A stretch of 45,899 nt of DNA from Candidatus Thorarchaeota archaeon (GCA_048884965.1 JBHLQH010000030.1:1-45899), one strand, 5' to 3'; counted from the stretch's first letter, positions 7,665 through 16,967 are shown. Notes: generated from the sequence alone by a model not told the origin. Translations and numbers: made by a program.

Positions 7665-8978
7665 TCACGGCGGTTTTTGAAGAATGAGTACCCATTCGCC
7701 ATGCATGCGTTCTTTTCTTGGGATCCTAATGAAATGGCGAATCAAACCTGAAAAAAAGCTCCGCTCAAGTTTAAATCCTATCTCATCACTTGATGCGATT
7801 TCAGCCAGTATCTTGTGTGACTCAACCAAGACGCCACGTATTAGATTACTCCCCACTGCCAAGCAGTAATGACCTCCAGGAACAAGAACACGATAGGTTT
7901 CTGCTAGTTGTGCTTTCATGTCTTCGAAGAATTTGTAGACTATGAAGGATCTTCGAGGGTCTAATTCAAAAATTCTCTCAAGTATTGAATCAAGAGTGTG
8001 GTAGTTAGATATCTGACGCGCTGAATACTCTTCTTTGTAGACGGTTTCAGTGCCGATATATTTTCGTTTCATCTCGGATAGAGGAGCGTCATTGATCAAG
8101 TCAAGCCAGTACATCTCCAATTGATGTGTCCGAGGATAGTCGACTGCATTGATGTAGGGAGGAGATGTGATAGCAAGATCCACTGACGTATCTTCCAATC
8201 GCGTGTCTATAGCTGAAGTCATGTATAGCTTTGGAGCGATCCAATCATTGTCCTCCACTATTTCTGATAGTTCCTTCATAGAGGCGATCTGAGACTTAAG
8301 GGCATCGAAGAACTTGGCAGTCGTATCCCCTACATTGATTCTCTTCACTTGATTTTTTCGAATCACCGTCCGCGTACAATGCGGGTCAGCATTTGACACA
8401 TCACGAATAATGGACGAGAATATTACATGCAAGAAGTCTACTACTCGCGAGTCATATAATTGACTGATTGCTGCTATTGATTCCTTTATGGCACCCAATT
8501 CCTGAAGAACGAAAGGTTTGAACCAGTTATCTCTATAATGAAATTCAGGAATCGATACACCATCATATTGGTGTCCTTCAATCTCCTGCATCTTTGTTTG
8601 AAGTGCTTGTCGTACTCTCTTGAGCAGTGATTGTTCAATTGGCGTGGTTTTTGTCCGTGTGATTAGATTAGCCATTGGATCGATATCTATTCCTATTGCT
8701 TGTCGTTGCGCAAGGAGGGATTCAAGAACAACAGTTCCACTACCACACATGGGATCTAAGATGACCTTTCGTTTCGCAGAGTATTTCTGAATGAGGTAGC
8801 GAGGTAGTTCTGGAAAGAATTTCGCTGGAAACTTATGTATCCCGTGAGTCAGATATGATTGATCCCTACTTATGATTAGGATGCGTGCCTTATCAGGAAT
8901 GGTGGTATCAGGGGAGATATCCCCAAGGAATTCTTGATGGTATTCTATTGGAGGAGTATGATTGCCTTCGGATGTCAC
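7665..8978 (-). CDS. Orphan DNA amino-methyltransferase (N4-cytosine type, motif I before SPPY)
   Basis: 'THGIHKFPAKF', motif I 'LDPMCGSGT', motif IV 'TSPPY', 'RVLVPGG'. No adjacent restriction nuclease. Confidence 0.85.
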   Translation of the reverse strand: MTSEGNHTPPIEYHQEFLGDISPDTTIPDKARILIISRDQSYLTHGIHKFPAKFFPELPRYLIQKYSAKRKVILDPMCGSGTVVLESLLAQRQAIGIDIDPMANLITRTKTTPIEQSLLKRVRQALQTKMQEIEGHQYDGVSIPEFHYRDNWFKPFVLQELGAIKESIAAISQLYDSRVVDFLHVIFSSIIRDVSNADPHCTRTVIRKNQVKRINVGDTTAKFFDALKSQIASMKELSEIVEDNDWIAPKLYMTSAIDTRLEDTSVDLAITSPPYINAVDYPRTHQLEMYWLDLINDAPLSEMKRKYIGTETVYKEEYSARQISNYHTLDSILERIFELDPRRSFIVYKFFEDMKAQLAETYRVLVPGGHYCLAVGSNLIRGVLVESHKILAEIASSDEIGFKLERSFFSGLIRHFIRIPRKERMHGEWVLILQKPP

Positions 8979-9131
8979 GATATATTCCCATCACATACTT
9001 GGTTGTACATATCTACGACCATGGAGAGTGCAATAGACAATAATAATATGGCGGCCAGTACTTCGGCATAAGACGAGTTAACTATGGTACATTCCCCCCA
9101 GTTTAAATATCACGGAAGCATTGTGTTAACC

Positions 9132-9279
9132 GTGCCTTAGGAGTTGAGATTGGTACTCAAAGGAAACGACTGGTTTCTGGTTATTGGAGGACCATTCATC
9201 GGAAAGGATGGTAGTCCGTGAATCAGAGCACGGATCTCACCTCTATCAACAAACAGTGTTGTAAGGTATCTTCGAAGAT
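9132..9279 (+). ncRNA. Candidate structured cis-regulatory RNA (multi-stem 5' leader)
   Basis: TTTAAATA at 9102-9109. Closing stem GTGCCTTA(9132-39)/TAAGGTAT(9262-69) encloses several hairpins. Confidence 0.5.
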
Positions 9280-9292
9280 CGGAGTGTAGAGA

Positions 9293-9622
9293 ATGGCTAA
9301 ATACAGCGAATTAAGCAAATGGCTTATCGTAATCGGTGGCATCCTTGGATTGCTCCTTGGAATCCTGACAGCTGCTGGTTTCGGATTTGGACTGATTGAT
9401 TTGGGTCTACTTGGGATATTGGGACCTTTGATTTATGGAATACTCCAAATCTTGGTATCCCTGATTGTCCTAGCTACAAGTGGAATTGTCAATATTCCAG
9501 CTCTCAAGTTCGAAAAGAACTTCGTTGTCTATCTCATACTGGGAATAGTAATGTGGGTAGTAAACTTAGAACTTGCAGGAATATTGGTCATAATCGGTGC
9601 AATCCTATTAATCCTGAAATAG
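9293..9622 (+). CDS. Small Gly-rich 4-TM membrane protein (paralog A)
   Basis: Four hydrophobic segments; shares 'SLI.LAT.GI..IP.L....N....LILG.......L.G...IIGA.L.L' with 11127-11504. Confidence 0.8.
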   Translation: MAKYSELSKWLIVIGGILGLLLGILTAAGFGFGLIDLGLLGILGPLIYGILQILVSLIVLATSGIVNIPALKFEKNFVVYLILGIVMWVVNLELAGILVIIGAILLILK

Positions 9623-9628
9623 AACTAG

Positions 9629-9683
9629 ACACTCATGCAGATGCTCTAAAGCCGCTGCATGAGTGTTAGATTCTTTCTTTTTG
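9629..9683 (+). terminator. Intrinsic terminator-like hairpin with T tract
   Basis: Perfect 12-bp inverted repeat ACACTCATGCAG/CTGCATGAGTGT followed by TTCTTTCTTTTT. Confidence 0.7.
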
Positions 9684-9694
9684 AAGTCTAGAAA

Positions 9695-11071
9695 CTATCG
9701 ACTTTCTTCAGAGATTGCCCTATCGAATCTCTGCATGGCTTCATCAATATCGTCATTAGTGATGATATAGCTAGGTGTGAAACGGATGACATTCTGACCA
9801 GCGCCAAGCATCCAGAGCTTCTGTTTCTGAACGGCATTCTTCACAATGCGATCACGCAATGTCTTCGCCTTCTCTCGACTGGCTTTGTCCTTTACGAACT
9901 CGATACCAATCATTAAACCAAGACCTCTAACATCACCGATGACCTCATGTTTATCCTTGAGCTCCTCAAGTTGCTTCATCATATAGGCCCCTTTCTCAGT
10001 GTTGCTCTTGAGAAAGCCCTGATCTTCTATGTGCTTCAGAATCCAGAGAGATAGCAGTGCCATCTTTGGTTCGGCTGAGAAAGTTTCAGAATGACGGGAT
10101 GCACCAGTATACATCGGTGCGGGACCAATAGAAGCTCCCATTGGATATCCTCCGCCCAGAGCTTTTGCCATTGAGATGTAGTCAGGAACTACGCCATGAT
10201 GCTCGATAGCGCACCACTTTCCGGTACGCCCCATTCCTGCCTGAACCTCATCTGAATGGAAGAATGCTCCGTTGTCCTTGGCAATCTTGTATATGCCTTG
10301 AACAACATCAGATGGTGGTACGATGAGTCCACCTTCACCAGCCAAAGGTTCCATAACAACAGCTGCAATGTCATTGCCTTCAACCTGAAGTGCATACTCT
10401 AGAGTTTCCAATACATGATTCTTGTAATCATCATCGGTCATCCCCTTCGGTTTTCTGTACATATATGGATACGGCACACGAATAACGTCTACTCCCTGCG
10501 GGAAGGTGTTCTTATGACGGAAGTTGGTCGAAGTCAATGAAAGAGCGTATCCAGTTCGTCCATGGAAAGCTGGTCTGAATCCAACGAATCTACGTTTGTT
10601 TGTCAAATCCATTGCAGACTTCATACAACCCTCAACGGCGCGACCGCCAGAAGTTGTAAAAACGACTCGTTTCCTGTGACTTCCGGGAGTTATTGCTGCA
10701 AGCTTCTCTGCAAGAAGCGTCTGGGGGATGGCATCAAAGTCCATTCCAGGCAACTCAAGGACGACATCGCTAATTCGTTCCTCGAAATCGTGCTGTGGTT
10801 TGTATCTGAGACCAAATGCTCTAACAGCAACGCCCCCGGTAAGATCCAAGTACTCTGTACCTTCAATATCGTAAAGTCTGACTCCCTCTCCTCTCGTGTG
10901 GTCAAGACAGCCATAGATATCACGATCTTGTGTAGTGAGAGCCAAAGCGTCAGTTGCTCTATTAATCCAATATTTGTTGGTCATGTTCTTTGGAGTAAGA
11001 TCAAAACCAAGTTCTCGTAGAATTTGATAGTGCTTTTCGTCCATGCTATTCACAGTCCCATGGAAAGGCAT
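9695..11071 (-). CDS. Class III PLP-dependent aminotransferase (GABA/acetylornithine aminotransferase-like)
   Basis: 'DIEGTEYLDLTGG', 'AFHGRT', 'EPLAGEGG', 'DEVQAGMGRTG', PLP lysine in 'MAKALGGG', 'DVRGLGLMIGIEFV'. Confidence 0.93.
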   Translation of the reverse strand: MPFHGTVNSMDEKHYQILRELGFDLTPKNMTNKYWINRATDALALTTQDRDIYGCLDHTRGEGVRLYDIEGTEYLDLTGGVAVRAFGLRYKPQHDFEERISDVVLELPGMDFDAIPQTLLAEKLAAITPGSHRKRVVFTTSGGRAVEGCMKSAMDLTNKRRFVGFRPAFHGRTGYALSLTSTNFRHKNTFPQGVDVIRVPYPYMYRKPKGMTDDDYKNHVLETLEYALQVEGNDIAAVVMEPLAGEGGLIVPPSDVVQGIYKIAKDNGAFFHSDEVQAGMGRTGKWCAIEHHGVVPDYISMAKALGGGYPMGASIGPAPMYTGASRHSETFSAEPKMALLSLWILKHIEDQGFLKSNTEKGAYMMKQLEELKDKHEVIGDVRGLGLMIGIEFVKDKASREKAKTLRDRIVKNAVQKQKLWMLGAGQNVIRFTPSYIITNDDIDEAMQRFDRAISEESR

Positions 11072-11126
11072 GTGATTCCGGGAATATCCCCATTATCTAA
11101 TTTGTGATGCAGGCCTTGTGTGGAAA

Positions 11127-11504
11127 CTAAAAAAGCATCAAGAGTGCGCCAATGATAATGAAGACACCTCCCAATGTCCCTCCTGACATATAGGTAAGGA
11201 ATCCAAGGATGAGGAATGCCAACACGTTACGTTGAAGACGAAGAAGAGGAATCTTCAGAATTCCAAAAGTTGCTAGGGTTATGAGTGAAAGGAGAATGAG
11301 AACGATACCTATGAAGAGGTTCGTAATTGCTCCCAGTATGCCCCAGATGTTCAAGAAGGGGAGGAAAGAAACAGACACGCCAAGATTCAGAAAATACAGC
11401 AAACCAAAAATAAAGGAAACGATGGCCCCAAAGACAATCAATACCTCCCCAACAAAGAAGGTATCAGACTTCTTGGGAGGGGCCACCTGAATCGCTCCTG
11501 CCAA
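11127..11504 (-). CDS. Small Gly-rich 4-TM membrane protein (paralog B)
   Basis: TTG start 1 nt after the stop of the upstream gene; clear similarity to 9293-9622. Confidence 0.8.
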   Translation of the reverse strand: MAGAIQVAPPKKSDTFFVGEVLIVFGAIVSFIFGLLYFLNLGVSVSFLPFLNIWGILGAITNLFIGIVLILLSLITLATFGILKIPLLRLQRNVLAFLILGFLTYMSGGTLGGVFIIIGALLMLF

Positions 11505-11505
11505 A

Positions 11506-11880
11506 TTAACCCTTGAAGATGAGTAAGAGACCAGCTAGGACTATCATAAATCCAGCAAGGGTCCCAAGATTCATTATCCACCCAAGTATGTCAAAGGAGA
11601 TTCCTCGACCTACAATGAAGATAGCGATGAGTCCGAAAAGTGCAAGGAGAGGTCCAGAACGATGGACTTTCCAATACACGAACCCACATGCATCAAAGGA
11701 GAGTATCGTCATTAGTAGTAATGCAATACCAAGCACAAAGTCTACTAAAGCATTCAAGTCACCACCAATCACACCGTTGACAGACGTGATCAACATGTTC
11801 AACGAATACACAAGTAGAACAATTCCACCAAGCACTGTGTAGCCTTGCGCAGCGCCTTCCGCTTTACAACCCATAGTCAT
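11506..11880 (-). CDS. Small 4-TM membrane protein (more distant paralog C)
   Basis: Four TM segments, 'LGGIVLL', C-terminal 'GTLAGFMIVLAGLLLI'; GAGGT SD. Confidence 0.75.
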   Translation of the reverse strand: MTMGCKAEGAAQGYTVLGGIVLLVYSLNMLITSVNGVIGGDLNALVDFVLGIALLLMTILSFDACGFVYWKVHRSGPLLALFGLIAIFIVGRGISFDILGWIMNLGTLAGFMIVLAGLLLIFKG

Positions 11881-12013
11881 AACCTCACGAAGAGTATAGA
11901 ATCACTCTATCATCCGTAGTAAATAAGCTTCGTTATTCTTTGTGGAACTACCCTCGTAATACATAGGATTCTATTGCTAGATTCACCTGTTCGTATGTAT
12001 TCAAAAGTCCAAG

Positions 12014-12898
12014 GTGACACTAGTGAGATATCCAGATTACGATGAAAGAAGACAGGAAAGACCGGTTCGACTTGATAAGACTGAAGGTACTGTGATAATA
12101 GAAGGAAAGGTCTATCCTGCGAAGGAGATAGTAGAAGCACTTGCTCAATCAGGCTACTCTGAGATACGATCCAGCGGAGATGCGTTGATTCTTGGAAGAA
12201 AACGAATTGCTCCAATTTTCAAATCCCCAAAGGAACGTGCAATGGCATCACTGTGTCACGGAAGTCTCGCATATTGCTGTCCACTCTCAAAGAGGTGCGC
12301 TGAGCGGGAGAGAGCACTGGAAATTCTTGGACTGAGCGCTGAGGAATATGAGCAGCTAAAAGGAGATGCTCATCATCGATTTCTAGATGTTTCAAAAAGA
12401 ACATCTTCACCATCAGGAGGCTATGATTGGGATCAGAGTCCTTCGGAACGCACCATTAACAGACCTGCTACTGATAGAGGCTTTGGAGCTGATGACTACC
12501 GAAGGGACTTCGACCGTCTTGAATCAGTTCTAGATTCAAGCCATCAAAGGGACCAGAGAAGACCTGAGAGGTCCTCTTGGGATCCTTTTTCTCGTTCGAC
12601 AAGAGAAAGTAGATACGAGGAGCCACGTTCTGGGAATCCCTTTACTGATGTCAGAATGGATGGTAGCCTCATGAAGGAGATGAAGGCAGCCACACGAGAG
12701 CTGGAAACTGGAGGATCTTGTAGACTAAGATCTGATGCGAGTGCAGAAGGAATTGGCTCCTTATTCACTCAAGGAGAGCTCAGTCCATTCACTGAAGATG
12801 CACAGCGTAATGCTGATCGCCTCAGCTTCTGTTTCTCATGTGGAAGGACCTTTGATCCAGATACCAAGGTGTGCCCGTATTGTGGAGCGCCTCAATAG
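12014..12898 (+). CDS. Hypothetical protein: methanogenesis-marker-9-like Cys module, disordered linker and C-terminal zinc ribbon
   Basis: 'LCHGSLAYCCPLSKRCAERERALEILGLSAEEYEQLK' and 'FCFSCG......KVCPYCG'. Confidence 0.75.
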   Translation: MTLVRYPDYDERRQERPVRLDKTEGTVIIEGKVYPAKEIVEALAQSGYSEIRSSGDALILGRKRIAPIFKSPKERAMASLCHGSLAYCCPLSKRCAERERALEILGLSAEEYEQLKGDAHHRFLDVSKRTSSPSGGYDWDQSPSERTINRPATDRGFGADDYRRDFDRLESVLDSSHQRDQRRPERSSWDPFSRSTRESRYEEPRSGNPFTDVRMDGSLMKEMKAATRELETGGSCRLRSDASAEGIGSLFTQGELSPFTEDAQRNADRLSFCFSCGRTFDPDTKVCPYCGAPQ

Positions 12899-12907
12899 AG
12901 AGCGACT

Positions 12908-13915
12908 TTAGAAATTACCAATAGCCGCTTCACGTCTACGCGAATAATCTGCAGGATAATGGAAGCTGGTAACAATTCTATCAATACCTGCATCTCGAGC
13001 GAGACCCTTGAGTTCTTGGACCTGATCAAGCGAAGTCACACCCCATCTGAACAATGAGGCAGTACCACCTCGTCGAGTGAATTCATTAGTGAAGTAGAGA
13101 GATTCAACAAGATCCGTATAGGCACTGGTTCCTTTCTGTGGTAATAAGGGAGACCATGGAAAGAGATTGATCAGGACATTGCCGGTGATCTCTCCAATCT
13201 TTGCATAGTCGTATCCATACTCATCTCTTGCACCTTCAGCCAACCCAGTTTCAGGATCCAGTAGAACTTCAACAGAGAGCCGCAGTGGATTCTCACGCTC
13301 AGTGGCTTCATCAGCTTCTCTAGCAGCTGCTTGAAGGACACTAAGTGCATCATGCACCTTACTGGCTCTCCACTGATGCCACTTCTCGTGGTACTCGGGG
13401 GTTTCTATCACATATTGATAGGTGAGTCGTGAGGGTTCTTGATTCACCATTGGCGCAAATTCGTTCTTACACCTTTGACAGAAACAGAAATGATCCCGAA
13501 TGAAACCAGTTCCAAATAGGAAAATCTCCTCAATTGGATAGGAGCCAATCTCCTTGATGATCTCAGCACCGTATTCCCAGAATTCCGGACGGTTGGGACA
13601 AATCTGATGCTCCATTTTCTGTCCACTGCTGGTCATTGTCTGATACTTCGGATCCTTGGCGAACCAGCTGTCGGTATAGAGGTCCATGCCTATGACTCCA
13701 TTGATACCCAGTGCGTGAGTAAGTTCAACCCATTCTTCGAAGAACTGAACATGCTCTTGAGTGACTGGTGCGGTTCGACTTGGATAAGTTGCATGTCCAG
13801 TAGGACCCTTCCCAACTATCCCCACACTTTCCATGTAGGAAGCGTAGGTAGAGAGAAAATCCTTTGCGGACATCTCAACATCCTCAGGTTTCATTAGAAT
13901 GACCATTTTCTGCAT
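12908..13915 (-). CDS. Glycoside-hydrolase-like (GHL10/GH42-related) TIM-barrel protein
   Basis: 'YPSRTAP', 'ICPNRPEFWEY', Zn-type 'FCFCQRCKNEF', 'WHQWRASKV', 'YGYDY'. Start uncertain (13915-13975). Confidence 0.6.
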   Translation of the reverse strand: MQKMVILMKPEDVEMSAKDFLSTYASYMESVGIVGKGPTGHATYPSRTAPVTQEHVQFFEEWVELTHALGINGVIGMDLYTDSWFAKDPKYQTMTSSGQKMEHQICPNRPEFWEYGAEIIKEIGSYPIEEIFLFGTGFIRDHFCFCQRCKNEFAPMVNQEPSRLTYQYVIETPEYHEKWHQWRASKVHDALSVLQAAAREADEATERENPLRLSVEVLLDPETGLAEGARDEYGYDYAKIGEITGNVLINLFPWSPLLPQKGTSAYTDLVESLYFTNEFTRRGGTASLFRWGVTSLDQVQELKGLARDAGIDRIVTSFHYPADYSRRREAAIGNF

Positions 13916-14040
13916 GAAGAACTCACGGTAGTTCAATTTCATCTTTAGGAGCCCCGTCCAGATTGTACAAATCATTTGGATGTTAGGTAGCCGTTAGCTC
14001 AGCATTCGCTAAAAGGCTTTCTTCGCTGGACTACTCAGAC

Positions 14041-16866
14041 TCAAAAAAACTGGTCAAGGGTAGTAAAGCCCATTAGACTATCAAAATTGAGCCCTACAGC
14101 ATCCAATACTTGACCAAAGACCGATTTCAGAGTGTCGATATATTTCTCTTTGTCGATCCAATAAGATTGGTCCTTTGCTAGCGATACAGGAAGAACTCCA
14201 TCACGATCCTTAGTTTTGATATATTCAACAATTGATCCTGGACCTAGGTCTTCCGGAGACATCATCGCCGCACGAACATGCTGTGGCTTGATATCACCAT
14301 AGCTGGAAAGACTCTTTGTGAGCTGAACTCGAAATGCTAATTCGTCAGGGGAGTAGGGCTCTGCCTTACCTTCAAGACGATCAAGAACACAGTGAACGAT
14401 GTTGCTGATCTCTTCTCGGGCTGTCTCGAAACCTTGAGGGGTGTCCACCTTTGCTAGAACCTCAAGCATCTCCTTGAATGCATTCTGAACGAATGTTGGA
14501 GTGTTCCGTTTCTTACCACTGAGTCCCTTTACCTCTACGTAGCCTGAATCGTATACCCCAATATAGTTCTTCTTTCGATCAGATAGAGCTACATACTTGT
14601 AGGTCTTCTCGACTTCCAAGTCAATACCAAGCTCTTTCCGAGACCATCGAACTAGTTCTTCTTGTTGTTGCTTTGAAGGATTGTCTAGGAATACAGAATC
14701 TGTATCCCCGTAGATCACCTTGACACCCATTGACTCGGCCTTTTCCTTAGTTCGAAGGATAGCGTTTCGACCGTAGGCAGTCACACTTTCAGCTGCGGGC
14801 ATACAGAACAGCTCAAAATGCTGTGCGCCTGTGACACCGTATGACGCGTTTACGAAGACTTTGAGAGCTTTCTCGACGACCGTGTTCCAATTGCGAGTCT
14901 TCTCATCCAAGGACTTATCCTTACTTTTTCCCTTGAACCAGTTGACGCGTGTATCACGGAAGAAACCTATCGTTTCACTAATCATTCCTCGATTTCGAGT
15001 GCATGTCCAATGATTCGTTTCAGGCACTCTATTTCCTGTTGCATTCTTGCATTCCTCGTGAGGACAGTCAACGGTTTCATAGCTAATATTGTGGGTCTTC
15101 ATTATTGTTGGATATAGACTGGCAAAGTCGAGGACAGTGGCATCAAAATGAACACCTGTAACTGGCTCAATCACGATTGCCCCTTTGAAGGCTTTGTCTT
15201 TGATCATTGCCTCAGTCTGTGCAGAGCTTGACTTTAGCATCTGAATCTCATGTTGCTGAGGAATGAGAAAGTTACGTAGTCTATGTTCTTGCCTGAAGAG
15301 AGATTGAATCCAACTGGATATCCCAAACCGTGTGACGTCTTCCATGGATAGTCGAGAGATACGCATCAATAGGATGATGAGCCGAAGCAGTAGGTTGTCA
15401 TCATATTGTGTTATCTGTTGAGTTATCTTTGAGTCCAGCCAGCAATAATGTGCAAGTTCATAGTAGGGTAGATTGTTAATATCATCACTCAATTCGAGCT
15501 TCCCAATTCCAAGGAGACCCTGTCCGATGGCTTCAAGGCTATTCTGTTCGTACGCACCTGAAAGCGCATAGAGCCTGATGGAGGGGTTCTTGAGGAATCT
15601 GAAGAGATCGACATGGATTCCGCCAAGCATGAGAGCAGTGTCCTGATTGAATGACATCCGTATTGGACAGTCCTTATCCATATCGACACCTAGACGCTTA
15701 GCTCTGTTGAAGAGATACTTCAAGTCGAAGGTGTCCCCAACGAATGTGAGAACAACAGGATACTTGTCGATCATCCGAAAGGCTTGGATAATCATCTCCT
15801 TCTCATCATGATAGAAGATGACTTCGAGCTCATCAGGATACTCGTCGAACTTTTCCCCTTTTGGATGATTCTTTCGGTGTAGGACGTAACATAGGTTCAG
15901 ATTCTCATTATCAGATAGACCGATTGCAGTCACAGGTTGCTCTGCGATGACAGGGTCGGGGATTCGATTCTTTTGAGGGGCATAGACTTCAATGTCAATT
16001 GCAATCCTTCGGATATCTGGTACTTCAGTAAAGAACATGGGTGCATATTGTTCTACTATCCGTTCAAGCCCTTCAGTATCGACTATAGTTTTTTTGAAAG
16101 CGTCAAGCAATTTACTATCGACCTTAGGCTCTGACCTTATGAGATCTCCATCCTTGATCTTATACGGCAGCCCTAACACCAAATCGTTATCGTAGGTGTA
16201 ACAATTCCGATACCTGATATTTGCTTCCCAAGCATGACTGAGAGTTGCCATATCCGGAGTGTGTTCGACCAACTGCTCTCTAATGGAGTCGCGTTTTCCT
16301 CCGATAGCCAAGGGGTCATCAGCGATGATCTTTGTCATTGGTCTAGGTTTATCCTGAAGCAGATCGCGCAATGTGACCTGTTGAGTACCTATATATCCAG
16401 GATTACGAGAAACCTTACTTTGGACGACCTGTGGAGGAAAGTCGGTGTAGCAGTAGGGTTTGTGACCTGTATTATCATACCATATGTACATCTTCTTGGA
16501 TTCAGGATTGTACAGACGTGCGATTGCTTTCTTTATGTCTCCTCCGACATAGTCTACCGATAGAAGATATGATGGACCAAGATTCTTTGGCTCCTCACGG
16601 TATCCAGCTTTGTGAATAGCAGTTTCATCCTCATAAACCGAGTCGATAATTTCCTCGATTTCATCATAATCAATCTCATCATTTTGTGAGGACGTATCGG
16701 AGTTTCGTTGAGGAGGCCGCGAATCAGATACGGGAGCAGGTTTCTGGACTTCCTTCTGACGCGTAGGAGGTGTTTCGGTTTCTTTCTGTTCGGGAGCTTC
16801 ACTTCCAAAGAAATCCTCGAGATTAGATTGATTATTCTGCTCTTTCTCGTCCTTCAACGATTCCAC
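14041..16866 (-). CDS. polB1: Family B DNA polymerase, PolB1 type
   Basis: Exo I 'DIEV', Exo II 'GDTFD', region II 'DFASLYP', 'K...NASYG', 'YGDTDS', 'RKKNYIGV'. 'YDNTGHKPYC' and 'DPLAIGG' are typical of B1. C-terminal PIP box 'TTLDQFF'. Confidence 0.93.
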   Translation of the reverse strand: MESLKDEKEQNNQSNLEDFFGSEAPEQKETETPPTRQKEVQKPAPVSDSRPPQRNSDTSSQNDEIDYDEIEEIIDSVYEDETAIHKAGYREEPKNLGPSYLLSVDYVGGDIKKAIARLYNPESKKMYIWYDNTGHKPYCYTDFPPQVVQSKVSRNPGYIGTQQVTLRDLLQDKPRPMTKIIADDPLAIGGKRDSIREQLVEHTPDMATLSHAWEANIRYRNCYTYDNDLVLGLPYKIKDGDLIRSEPKVDSKLLDAFKKTIVDTEGLERIVEQYAPMFFTEVPDIRRIAIDIEVYAPQKNRIPDPVIAEQPVTAIGLSDNENLNLCYVLHRKNHPKGEKFDEYPDELEVIFYHDEKEMIIQAFRMIDKYPVVLTFVGDTFDLKYLFNRAKRLGVDMDKDCPIRMSFNQDTALMLGGIHVDLFRFLKNPSIRLYALSGAYEQNSLEAIGQGLLGIGKLELSDDINNLPYYELAHYCWLDSKITQQITQYDDNLLLRLIILLMRISRLSMEDVTRFGISSWIQSLFRQEHRLRNFLIPQQHEIQMLKSSSAQTEAMIKDKAFKGAIVIEPVTGVHFDATVLDFASLYPTIMKTHNISYETVDCPHEECKNATGNRVPETNHWTCTRNRGMISETIGFFRDTRVNWFKGKSKDKSLDEKTRNWNTVVEKALKVFVNASYGVTGAQHFELFCMPAAESVTAYGRNAILRTKEKAESMGVKVIYGDTDSVFLDNPSKQQQEELVRWSRKELGIDLEVEKTYKYVALSDRKKNYIGVYDSGYVEVKGLSGKKRNTPTFVQNAFKEMLEVLAKVDTPQGFETAREEISNIVHCVLDRLEGKAEPYSPDELAFRVQLTKSLSSYGDIKPQHVRAAMMSPEDLGPGSIVEYIKTKDRDGVLPVSLAKDQSYWIDKEKYIDTLKSVFGQVLDAVGLNFDSLMGFTTLDQFF

Positions 16867-16967
16867 TCAAAATTACTTCTTGTAGTTGCCCTGATAAGCA
16901 CTTCCCATTATACATTATGTTTCATTCAAACGCGCTGTTCATTAGTGAGTTATTCAATCTAGAAGCC

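Noticed and set aside
7665-8978. Restriction-modification system
   Set aside because: No restriction endonuclease or specificity subunit is adjacent.
9625-9670. SECIS-like element (stem with AAA loop in a 3' UTR)
   Set aside because: No properly placed AUGA/GA core and no in-frame TGA in the flanking genes. A terminator explains it.
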